Of a DNA stretch of 32,000 nt, positions 18,173-25,526 are shown piece after piece. The position numbers and the translations under genes were made by a program. The stretch's first letter is position 1, and each line of letters begins with the position of its first letter. The stretch lies in contig CAVQEF010000003.1 of the NCBI GenBank assembly GCA_963711445.1, forward strand, positions 330,595 to 362,594, in the 5' to 3' direction. The notes beneath the pieces are model-generated. The model saw nothing but the letters and a program-made list of their open reading frames with translations. It searched no databases and was not told where the DNA came from. The DNA is from an uncultured Actinomycetota bacterium (GTDB taxonomy: Bacteria; Actinomycetota; Actinomycetes; Mycobacteriales; Mycobacteriaceae).

Positions 18173-19397
18173 GCGCGGTGACCGCCGCGGCCAGCGGGGA
18201 CTTCTCCCGGCCCAGCTCGGCGCGCGCGATGGTGCGCATGTGCACCTCGTCGGGACCGTCGAAGATCCGCATGGCCCGATGCCAGCCGTACAGCCGGGCC
18301 AGCACCGTGTCGTCACTGACGCCGGCGGCGCCGTGCACCTGGATGGCCCGGTCGATGACGTCGCAGGCGACCTGCGGTGCTACGGCCTTGATCTGGGAGA
18401 CGAGCACGTGCGCGGCCTTGTTGCCGTGCTGGTCGATCGTCCACGCCGCCTTCTCGCACAGCAGGCGCGCCTGGTCGATCTCGTTGCGGGACTTGGCGAT
18501 CGACTCGCGCACCACACCCTGCTCGGCCAGTGGCTTTCCGAACGCCACCCGGTTGCTGGCCCGGTCCACCATGAGGGCCAGGGCCCGTTCGGCCCCGCCC
18601 AGCGCGCGCATGCAATGGTGGATGCGTCCCGGCCCCAGCCGCGCCTGGGCGATCGCGAAGCCGGTGCCCTCCTCGCCGAGCAGATTGCTCGCCGGCACCC
18701 GGACGTTGTCGTAGACCACCTCGCAGTGGCCGTGCTGGTCCTGCCAGCCGAACACCGGTGTGGAGCGCACGATCGTCACTCCGGGGGTGTCCATCGGCAC
18801 CAGGATCATCGACTGCTGCTGGTGCGCGGCCGCGTCGGGATTGGTGCGGCCCATCACGATGAGGATCTTGCAGCGCGGGTCGGCCGCCCCCGACGTCCAC
18901 CATTTGCGGCCGTTGATGATGTAGTCGCCGCCGTCGCGGGTGATCGTGGTCTCGATGTTGCGGGCGTCGCTGCTGGCGACCGCGGGCTCGGTCATCGAGA
19001 ACGCGCTGCGGATCTCGCCGTTCAGCAGAGGCTCCAACCACCGCTTGCGCTGCTCCTCGGTGGCGAACAGGTGCAGCGTCTCCATGTTGCCCGTGTCGGG
19101 TGCCGCGCAGTTGAGCGCCTCGGGCGCGATCTCGAGGCTCCAGCCGGTGATCTCGGCCAGCGGGGCGTATTCCAGGTTGGTCAGGCCCGACTCGGCCGGC
19201 AGGAACAGGTTCCACAGGCCTCGCTCTCTGGCCTTGAGTTTCAGCTCCTCCACGACCGGCGGGACGGTGAAGTCGCCCGGGCCGGCCTCGTGGCGGTACT
19301 TGTCGTAGGCGGCCTCGGCTTCGAAGACATGCTCGGTCATGAAGTCGGACAGCCGCTTGTGGTAGTCGCTTGCTTTGGCCGACATCGCGAAGTCCAT
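18165..19397 (-). CDS. fadE2: Acyl-CoA dehydrogenase (FadE2 / ACAD10-11-like)
   Basis: The start is ATG at 19397-19395 ([28 protein letters not shown]), with an alternative ATG at 19385. The 189 upstream track residues lie antisense to the DUF1348 gene (19437-19907) and are not ACAD-like. The C-terminus ends [18 protein letters not shown]. The stop overlaps the ptpB start by 8 nt. Confidence 0.85.
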   Translation of the reverse strand: MDFAMSAKASDYHKRLSDFMTEHVFEAEAAYDKYRHEAGPGDFTVPPVVEELKLKARERGLWNLFLPAESGLTNLEYAPLAEITGWSLEIAPEALNCAAPDTGNMETLHLFATEEQRKRWLEPLLNGEIRSAFSMTEPAVASSDARNIETTITRDGGDYIINGRKWWTSGAADPRCKILIVMGRTNPDAAAHQQQSMILVPMDTPGVTIVRSTPVFGWQDQHGHCEVVYDNVRVPASNLLGEEGTGFAIAQARLGPGRIHHCMRALGGAERALALMVDRASNRVAFGKPLAEQGVVRESIAKSRNEIDQARLLCEKAAWTIDQHGNKAAHVLVSQIKAVAPQVACDVIDRAIQVHGAAGVSDDTVLARLYGWHRAMRIFDGPDEVHMRTIARAELGREKSPLAAAVTARG

Positions 19398-19404
19398 GTC
19401 CGCC

Positions 19405-19410
19405 ACGATA
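19405..19410 (-). promoter_or_regulatory. Candidate -10 hexamer TATCGT for a leaderless fadE2 transcript
   Basis: The minus strand reads TATCGT-GGCGGAC-ATG. This is a TANNNT hexamer 7 nt upstream of the start codon with no convincing SD. Only 39 nt separate the divergent fadE2 and DUF1348 start codons. Confidence 0.35.
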
Positions 19411-19436
19411 GGGCACCCGAAATCGAGTGGCGCACG

Positions 19437-19907
19437 ATGGACGCCATGAGCGACGCCCTCCCCCCTCTTCCCCCGTTCACCCTCGAGACGGCCATGCGGA
19501 AGGTTCAGGCGGCCGAGGACGCGTGGAACACCCGCGATCCCGAGCGCGTCAGCCGGGCTTACACGCCCGACTCGCGCTGGCGCAACCGCGGCGAGCGCAT
19601 CGTCGGCCGCGAGGAGATCGTGGCGTTCCTGACGCGCAAGTGGCAGCGCGAACTCGACTACGCGTTGCGCAAGAGCCTGTGGGACTTCCACGACAACCGC
19701 ATCGCGGTGCGGTTCCAATACGAATGCCACGACGCCGGCGGCCAGTGGTACCGCAGCTACGGCAACGAGCTGTGGGAGTTCTCGCCGTCGGGGTTGATGG
19801 CCCGCCGCGAAGCCAGCATCAACGATGTGTCGATCGACGAATCGCAGCGGCGCTACTTCGGGCCGCGTCCGGCCGCCGAGCACGGCCACGATATTCCCCT
19901 GTGGTGA
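19437..19907 (+). CDS. DUF1348 / NTF2-like family protein
   Basis: This is the last 156 codons of the 692-aa track ORF 17829..19907. It reads [53 protein letters not shown]...[21 protein letters not shown]...[16 protein letters not shown], matching the DUF1348 pattern as I remember it. The upstream part of that ORF is antisense to ptpB and fadE2. Confidence 0.75.
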   Translation: MDAMSDALPPLPPFTLETAMRKVQAAEDAWNTRDPERVSRAYTPDSRWRNRGERIVGREEIVAFLTRKWQRELDYALRKSLWDFHDNRIAVRFQYECHDAGGQWYRSYGNELWEFSPSGLMARREASINDVSIDESQRRYFGPRPAAEHGHDIPLW

Positions 19908-20125
19908 CGCCCCGGCGCCGGTTGACCCGCATTGTCGCAACACAACGACGTCTTGTGGCGCCACAACGTCGCGACGGCTACTGCATCGCCGCTGGGTGGC
20001 GCAGCATCGGTGGTAAGGGTCCGGCGGTATTTCGCGCCGGGTGATCGCGGATCGGTGGTGAATCCGGCGCGCGTTATGGTAGCCAAGCGCGGCCGCGGCA
20101 GCGCTCGTCCATAAGGCAGAAATGC

Positions 20126-20145
20126 ACGGGAAAGTACGGGAAAGT
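20126..20145. repeat. Perfect tandem 10-mer ACGGGAAAGT x2 immediately upstream of pntAa
   Basis: The two copies at 20126-20135 and 20136-20145 are identical. They end 13 nt before the pntAa ATG at 20159. Each carries a purine-rich GGGAAAG. Confidence 0.9.
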
Positions 20146-20158
20146 AGATATACGCGTC

Positions 20159-21256
20159 ATGACAGATTCGCAGACGACCGTCGGTGTGGTCGCCGAGTCC
20201 GGGGCCGGTGAGCGCCGGGTCGCCCTGGTCCCCAAGGCGGTCGCGCCGCTGGTGAAAAGCGGCGTGAACGTCGTCGTCGAATCCGGCGCCGGCGAGCGGG
20301 CGCTGCTTCCCGACGGGCTGTACACCGACGCCGGGGCCAGCATCGGGGACGCCTGGGCCGCCGACGTCGTGGTCAAGGTGGCCCCGCCGACCGCCGCCGA
20401 GGTCACCAAGCTGCGCAGCGGCCAGACGCTGATCGGCTTCCTGGCGCCGCGCAACGCCGACAACGCGATCGGCGCGCTGACCGACGCCGGGGTGCAGGCG
20501 TTCGCGCTCGAGGCCATCCCGCGGATCTCGCGCGCCCAGGCGATGGATGCGCTGTCGTCGCAGGCCAACGTGTCGGGTTATAAGGCCGTGCTGATGGCGG
20601 CCTGGGAATCGACGCGGTTCTTCCCGATGCTGACCACGGCCGCGGGGACCGTGAAGCCGGCCACCGTGCTGGTGCTCGGTGTCGGGGTGGCCGGGTTGCA
20701 GGCGCTGGCCACGGCCAAGCGGCTCGGCGCGCGCACCACCGGCTACGACGTGCGCCCCGAGGTGGCCGACCAGGTGCGCTCGGTGGGCGCCCAGTGGCTC
20801 GACCTGGGTATTGCCGCCGCCGGGGAGGGCGGGTATGCCCGCGAGCTCACCGAGGAGGAGCGCGCGCAGCAGCAGAAGGCGCTGGAGGAGGCGATCACCG
20901 GGTTCGACGTGGTGATCACCACCGCGCTGGTCCCGGGCAAGCCCGCGCCGCGGTTGGTGACCGCCGCCGCGGTGCAGGGCATGAAGCCCGGCAGCGTGGT
21001 GGTGGACCTGGCCGGGGAGACCGGCGGCAACTGCGAGCTCACCGAGCCCGGGCAGACCGTCGTCCGCCACGACGTCACGATCGCCGCGCCGCTGAACCTG
21101 CCGGCGACCATGCCCGAGCACGCCAGCGAGCTCTACAGCAAGAACATCACCGCGCTGCTGGACCTGATGATCAAAGACGGCAAGCTGGCCCCGGACTTCG
21201 AGGACGAGATCGTCGCGGAGGCCTGCGTGACCCGTTCCCGGAAAGAGGACTCCTGA
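20159..21256 (+). CDS. pntAa: NAD(P) transhydrogenase subunit alpha part 1 (dI)
   Basis: This is a 365-aa ORF beginning MTDSQTTVGVVAESGAGERRVALVPKAV. The Rossmann motif is VLVLGVGVAGLQALATAKRLGA. The stop overlaps the pntAb ATG (TGATG). Confidence 0.9.
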   Translation: MTDSQTTVGVVAESGAGERRVALVPKAVAPLVKSGVNVVVESGAGERALLPDGLYTDAGASIGDAWAADVVVKVAPPTAAEVTKLRSGQTLIGFLAPRNADNAIGALTDAGVQAFALEAIPRISRAQAMDALSSQANVSGYKAVLMAAWESTRFFPMLTTAAGTVKPATVLVLGVGVAGLQALATAKRLGARTTGYDVRPEVADQVRSVGAQWLDLGIAAAGEGGYARELTEEERAQQQKALEEAITGFDVVITTALVPGKPAPRLVTAAAVQGMKPGSVVVDLAGETGGNCELTEPGQTVVRHDVTIAAPLNLPATMPEHASELYSKNITALLDLMIKDGKLAPDFEDEIVAEACVTRSRKEDS

Positions 21257-21591
21257 TGTACGACGAGCTGTTAGAGAACCTGGCGATCCTGGTGTTGTCC
21301 GGGTTTGTCGGGTTCGCGGTGATCTCCAAGGTGCCCAACACCCTGCACACGCCGCTGATGTCGGGGACCAACGCCATCCACGGCATCGTGGTGCTGGGCG
21401 CGCTGGTGGTGTTCGGCAAGATCGAGCACCCGTCGATCGCCCTGCAGATCATCCTGTTCGTGGCGGTGGTGTTCGGGACGCTGAACGTCATCGGCGGCTT
21501 CATCGTCACCGACCGGATGCTGGGCATGTTCAAGGGCAAGAAGCCCGGTGCCGCGAAGGCCGCGAAAATTGAGGAGCCCGCGGGCAAATGA
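21256..21591 (+). CDS. pntAb: NAD(P) transhydrogenase subunit alpha part 2 (membrane dII-a)
   Basis: ATG 21256 lies in the frame of track ORF 20794..21591. The 111-aa hydrophobic protein begins MYDELLENLAILVLSGFVGFAVISKVPNTLHTPLMSGTNAIHGIVVLGA. Its stop overlaps the pntB ATG (ATGA). Confidence 0.85.
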   Translation: MYDELLENLAILVLSGFVGFAVISKVPNTLHTPLMSGTNAIHGIVVLGALVVFGKIEHPSIALQIILFVAVVFGTLNVIGGFIVTDRMLGMFKGKKPGAAKAAKIEEPAGK

Positions 21592-23012
21592 ACTACCTGA
21601 TCACCGTTCTCTACATCATCTCGTTCTCGCTGTTCATCTACGGCTTGATGGGCCTGACCGGCCCCAAGACCGCGGTGCGCGGCAACCTGATCGCCGCGGT
21701 CGGCATGACCCTGGCGGTGGCGGCGACCCTGATCATGATCCGCGACACCACCCAGTGGCCGCTGATCATCGCCGGCCTGGTCGTCGGCGTGGTGCTCGGT
21801 GTCCCGCCGGCGCGGCTGACCAAGATGACCGCCATGCCGCAGCTGGTGGCGTTCTTCAACGGCGTCGGCGGCGGCACGGTCGCGCTCATCGCGCTCTCGG
21901 AATTCATGGAGACCAGCGGCTTCTCGGACTTCCAGCACGGCGAGCAGCCGACCGTGCACATCGTGGTGGCCTCGCTGTTCGCCGCGATCATCGGGTCGAT
22001 CTCGTTCTGGGGCTCGATCATCGCGTTCGGCAAGCTGCAGGAGATCATCTCCGGGTCGCCGATCGGCTTCGGCAAGGCCCAGCAGCCGATCAACCTGCTG
22101 CTGCTGGCCGGCGCGGTTACCGCCGCGGTGGTCATCGGCCTGGACGCCCATCCCGGCAGCGGCGGGGTGTCGCTGTGGTGGATGATCGGCCTGCTGGCCG
22201 CCGCCGGGGTGCTGGGCCTGATGGTGGTGCTGCCCATCGGCGGCGCCGACATGCCGGTGGTGATCTCGCTGCTCAACGCGATGACCGGGCTCTCGGCCGC
22301 CGCGGCCGGTCTGGCGCTCAACAACACCGCGATGATCGTGGCCGGCATGATCGTCGGCGCGTCCGGTTCGATCCTGACCAACCTGATGGCCAAGGCGATG
22401 AACCGCTCCATCCCCGCGATCGTGGCGGGCGGCTTCGGCGGCGGCGGCGTGGCCGTCAGCGGCGGTGACGCCGGCGACAAGGTGGTCAGGTCCACGTCGG
22501 CCGCCGACGCGGCGATCCAGATGGCCTACGCCAACCAGGTGATTGTGGTCCCGGGTTACGGCCTGGCCGTGGCCCAGGCCCAGCACGCGGTCAAGGACAT
22601 GGCCTCGCTGCTGGAGGACAAGGGGGTAACGGTCAAGTACGCCATCCACCCGGTGGCCGGCCGCATGCCGGGGCACATGAACGTGCTGCTGGCCGAGGCC
22701 GAGGTCGACTACGACGCGATGAAGGACATGGACGACATCAACGACGAGTTCGCCCGCACCGACGTGGCGATCGTCATCGGCGCCAACGACGTCACCAATC
22801 CCGCGGCCCGCAACGAGCGGTCCAGCCCGATCTACGGCATGCCGATCCTCAACGTGGACAAGGCCAGGTCGGTGATCGTGCTGAAGCGGTCGATGAACTC
22901 CGGCTTCGCCGGCATCGACAACCCGCTGTTCTACGCGGACGGCACCACGATGCTGTTCGGGGATGCGAAGAAGTCGGTGACCGAGGTCGCCGAGGAACTC
23001 AAGGCTCTATAG
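21588..23012 (+). CDS. pntB: NAD(P) transhydrogenase subunit beta (dII-b + dIII)
   Basis: This is a 474-aa ORF. The N-terminal part is multi-pass membrane. The C-terminal NADP(H) domain carries VPGYGLAVAQAQH and HPVAGRMPGHMNVLLAEA. Confidence 0.9.
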   Translation: MNYLITVLYIISFSLFIYGLMGLTGPKTAVRGNLIAAVGMTLAVAATLIMIRDTTQWPLIIAGLVVGVVLGVPPARLTKMTAMPQLVAFFNGVGGGTVALIALSEFMETSGFSDFQHGEQPTVHIVVASLFAAIIGSISFWGSIIAFGKLQEIISGSPIGFGKAQQPINLLLLAGAVTAAVVIGLDAHPGSGGVSLWWMIGLLAAAGVLGLMVVLPIGGADMPVVISLLNAMTGLSAAAAGLALNNTAMIVAGMIVGASGSILTNLMAKAMNRSIPAIVAGGFGGGGVAVSGGDAGDKVVRSTSAADAAIQMAYANQVIVVPGYGLAVAQAQHAVKDMASLLEDKGVTVKYAIHPVAGRMPGHMNVLLAEAEVDYDAMKDMDDINDEFARTDVAIVIGANDVTNPAARNERSSPIYGMPILNVDKARSVIVLKRSMNSGFAGIDNPLFYADGTTMLFGDAKKSVTEVAEELKAL

Positions 23013-23020
23013 CGGGCGGG

Positions 23021-23045
23021 CCCGCCGGTCGTCTAGACCGGCGGG
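23021..23045. terminator. Perfect 10-bp stem hairpin between convergent pntB and the small ORF
   Basis: CCCGCCGGTC (23021-23030), GTCTA loop and GACCGGCGGG (23036-23045) are perfect complements. The hairpin begins 9 nt after the pntB stop. The small ORF stop codon (complement of 23033-23035) lies in the loop. There is no U-tract, which is common in mycobacteria. Confidence 0.5.
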
Positions 23046-23158
23046 TAGGCGGGTGGCGGGTAACCGTTGCCGTCAACGACTCCGCGCAGACCCCAAGGAA
23101 CGTAGCGGAAGAACCATTCGATCTCGTCGCTCGCGTCGTAATCCGGGCTCGGATCCAT
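23033..23158 (-). CDS. Candidate 41-aa small protein (below the ORF-track length cut-off)
   Basis: The minus-strand ATG is at 23158-23156, with AGGGGTGG about 6 nt upstream. The translation is MDPSPDYDASDEIEWFFRYVPWGLRGVVDGNGYPPPAYPPV, ending at TAG. Most codons end in G/C like neighbouring genes. It is divergent from the TetR gene. I recall a small gene (Rv0157A) annotated at this position in H37Rv, but I cannot verify that here. Confidence 0.45.
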   Translation of the reverse strand: MDPSPDYDASDEIEWFFRYVPWGLRGVVDGNGYPPPAYPPV

Positions 23159-23237
23159 GTGGGCCACCCCTGTGTCAAGTCGCGACTTCGTTCACGAAGC
23201 AGTCTAGTCCCATCCGCCTCGGCGCAACACCCGCCTA

Positions 23238-23264
23238 AACTGTCCAACCAGTTGATTGACAGTT
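23238..23264. promoter_or_regulatory. Inverted repeat AACTGTC-N13-GACAGTT (TetR operator candidate) overlapping a TTGACA -35-like hexamer
   Basis: The arms are AACTGTC (23238-23244) and GACAGTT (23258-23264), with an inner CAAC..GTTG symmetry. TTGACA is at 23256-23261. The repeat lies 58 nt upstream of the TetR ATG at 23322 and 80 nt upstream of the divergent small ORF. Confidence 0.4.
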
Positions 23265-23321
23265 AGCCTGATCCGGGGCCGTCGGCGCCGGGCGCAAAAG
23301 CGTAAAAGTTAGTGGGTACTG

Positions 23322-23945
23322 ATGCCATCCGAGAACGGGGTCTCGCGCCGCGAGGAATTGCTGGCCGTGGCCACCACGCTGTTCGCCGCCCGGGGCTATC
23401 ACGGCACCCGGATGGACGACGTGGCCGACGTGATCGGGCTGAACAAGGCGACCGTCTACCACTACTACGCCAGCAAGTCGCTGATCCTGTTCGACATCTA
23501 CCGCCAGGCCGCCGAGGGCACGCTGGCCGCCGTGCACGACGACCCGTCCTGGACGGCCCGCGAGGCGCTCTACCAGTACACCGTCCGGCTGCTGACCGGG
23601 ATCGCGGCCAACCCCGAGCGGGCAGCGGTGTACTTCCAGGAACAGCCCTACATCGCGGAATGGTTCACCACCGAACAGGTCGCCGAGGTGCGGGAGAAGG
23701 AAGCCCAGGTCTACGAGCACGTGCACGGCCTGATCGACCGCGGGATCGCCAGCGGTGAGTTCTACGAGTGCGACTCCCACGTGCTGGCGCTGGGCTACAT
23801 CGGCATGACGCTGGGCAGCTACCGCTGGCTGCGCCCGAGCGGCCGGCGCAGTGCCAAGGAGATCGCCGCCGAGTTCAGCACCGCGCTGCTGCGGGGCCTG
23901 ATCCGCGACGAGACGATCCGCCAGACCTCGCCGCTGGGTCCGTAA
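23322..23945 (+). CDS. TetR-family transcriptional regulator (Rv0158-like by position)
   Basis: This is a 207-aa ORF. The HTH region is LLAVATTLFAARGYHGTRMDDVADVIGLNKATVYHYYASKSLILF. Confidence 0.85.
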   Translation: MPSENGVSRREELLAVATTLFAARGYHGTRMDDVADVIGLNKATVYHYYASKSLILFDIYRQAAEGTLAAVHDDPSWTAREALYQYTVRLLTGIAANPERAAVYFQEQPYIAEWFTTEQVAEVREKEAQVYEHVHGLIDRGIASGEFYECDSHVLALGYIGMTLGSYRWLRPSGRRSAKEIAAEFSTALLRGLIRDETIRQTSPLGP

Positions 23946-23955
23946 CGCCCGGTCC

Positions 23956-25383
23956 TCAGCAGTACGGTCCGGGCGGGATCAGGTGCAGTATCGAGCCGAG
24001 CGCGCCACTCAGCACCGACAGCCCCGTCACACTCGGCTGGCCCAGGTTCAACGAGAGGCCCGGATCCGTCGACGGAACGTACGGGTACGTGTCCGGCAGG
24101 TAGGACGGCGGTAACACGCCGACATCCACCAGTGCGGCCTGCGATCCCTGCACCGCCCCCTTGCCCAGGTAGGCGGTAACGGCGAACGGATCGATGACCT
24201 GGAACAGCCGCGCAGGGGTGGGAACGTCCGCGTAGTCGGCGCCGACCCCCATGTTGCCGTATCCCAGGTCGACGAGCACCCGCAGATCGGGCTGGATCAA
24301 GTCGGCGATCGGGGGCCCCACGTAGGGGATGTCGCGGATCGGCTGCACCAGCGGCAGATTCTGGGTCAGGAACATGTAGTAGTGGGTGTTGCCCGTATAG
24401 CCCGGAGAGGTCGGCAACGGGAGTGCGTCGGCGACCTGGGTGGCGGTGAAATTTTCGTAGTTGGTGTGCACGTAGTAGGCGCCCATGATGGCGTTGAGGT
24501 CCGACAAGACGTGGAGCGGATACTGCGGAGCGTGGGCGAAGCCGTCGTACTGGACGGTGTAGTTGTAGGTGGGGTAGGGGCTGTTCGGCGGGGTTGCACC
24601 GGTGAACGGCACGTCCAGGACCGGGATGTAGAAGCCCGGGAAACGCTCGAGGATCCCGCCGTCGGGGTTGTTGGGATTGCTCGTCAGCAGGAAGGACAGC
24701 TGGCCGGCATGCGGCGCGCCCGCCGCCATCAGAGCGTTGATTTCCATGGTGGCGACCGTCGCGCTCTGCGAGTAGCCCGAGACGACCACGTCGTTTGTCG
24801 GGGTGATGGTCGCGTTGATCGCATTGTTCAGCAGGGTGACACCCTGGGTGACGGACTGGCCGAACGTGAGGTTGCCGGTGACGGGCCAAAACTGCTCGGG
24901 TGTGAACAACCCCTGCGAGAGGGCCCCCGGGAAGAGGGTTTGGATGTAGGCGGTGTCGATCTTGGTCACGTAGCTGGGAGGCGGCCCCGGTTCGTCGGTC
25001 CCGCCCATGATCAGCGCGGTGATCGTGTTCGCGGCCGACTGCACGACCGGAGTCGGCGAGCCGGAACCGCCGGCGATCGTTTGCCCCGTGACCAGGGCCG
25101 CGTTGGCCGCCTCGGTTCGCGCGTAGAGGCCCCCCGCACCGGCCAGCGCCCGGGCGAACTCGGCGTGAAACGCCGCCGCCTGCGCGACGGCCGTATGGAA
25201 CTGCTTGGCGTACGCACCGAAGACATCCGCTACGGCCGCCGATACCTCGTCGCCGGCGGCCGCGAGCACATCCGAGGTCGGGGTGGCCGCAAGCGCACTG
25301 GCCGTGCTGACCGACGAACCGATCGCGTACAAATCTGCGGCCGCCGCCCCTACTGCATCCGGCGCAGCGAGCAGATAAGACAT
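23956..25383 (-). CDS. PE-family protein with PE-PPE hydrolase-like domain, paralogue C (PE3-like by position)
   Basis: The start is ATG at 25383-25381 (MSYLLAAPDAVGAAAADLYAIGSS), preceded by GGAG. The 19 extra track residues are not PE-like. YARTE matches the secretion motif. The elbow is GYSQS (24763-24777). The C-terminus reads GLSVLSGALGSILHLIPPGPYC. Confidence 0.85.
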   Translation of the reverse strand: MSYLLAAPDAVGAAAADLYAIGSSVSTASALAATPTSDVLAAAGDEVSAAVADVFGAYAKQFHTAVAQAAAFHAEFARALAGAGGLYARTEAANAALVTGQTIAGGSGSPTPVVQSAANTITALIMGGTDEPGPPPSYVTKIDTAYIQTLFPGALSQGLFTPEQFWPVTGNLTFGQSVTQGVTLLNNAINATITPTNDVVVSGYSQSATVATMEINALMAAGAPHAGQLSFLLTSNPNNPDGGILERFPGFYIPVLDVPFTGATPPNSPYPTYNYTVQYDGFAHAPQYPLHVLSDLNAIMGAYYVHTNYENFTATQVADALPLPTSPGYTGNTHYYMFLTQNLPLVQPIRDIPYVGPPIADLIQPDLRVLVDLGYGNMGVGADYADVPTPARLFQVIDPFAVTAYLGKGAVQGSQAALVDVGVLPPSYLPDTYPYVPSTDPGLSLNLGQPSVTGLSVLSGALGSILHLIPPGPYC

Positions 25384-25526
25384 CTCCTGCCCTCCCCGGC
25401 GACCGGCCATCCAGGTGTCAATGGCCCCCAGCCCAGCCATCGTGACGGGCGCGAACGGGCGCTGAGAAGGGTAGAAAGTCCTACGAGGAAATCCGTCGGG
25501 CCCCGGAATCGATCAGCTCGCCGGCG

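Noticed and set aside
17829-19436. First ~536 codons of the 692-aa plus-strand ORF 17829..19907
   Set aside because: This part is antisense to ptpB and fadE2, both of which have unmistakable motifs, and is Arg/Pro/Gly-rich. Only the last 156 codons (19437-19907, DUF1348) look like a real protein.
19932-20114. 60-aa TTG-initiated ORF in the pntAa upstream region, considered as a possible leader peptide
   Set aside because: It has a TTG start with no SD. Third-position GC is visibly lower than in neighbouring genes and the sequence is Arg/Val/Gly-rich. I treat the region as non-coding leader unless conservation says otherwise.
22999-23247. 82-aa minus-strand ORF in the pntB-TetR intergenic region
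   Set aside because: The product is Arg/Thr/Ser-rich. The ORF overlaps the pntB stop and the terminator hairpin. The 41-codon ORF in a different frame (23033-23158) has a better SD and better composition.
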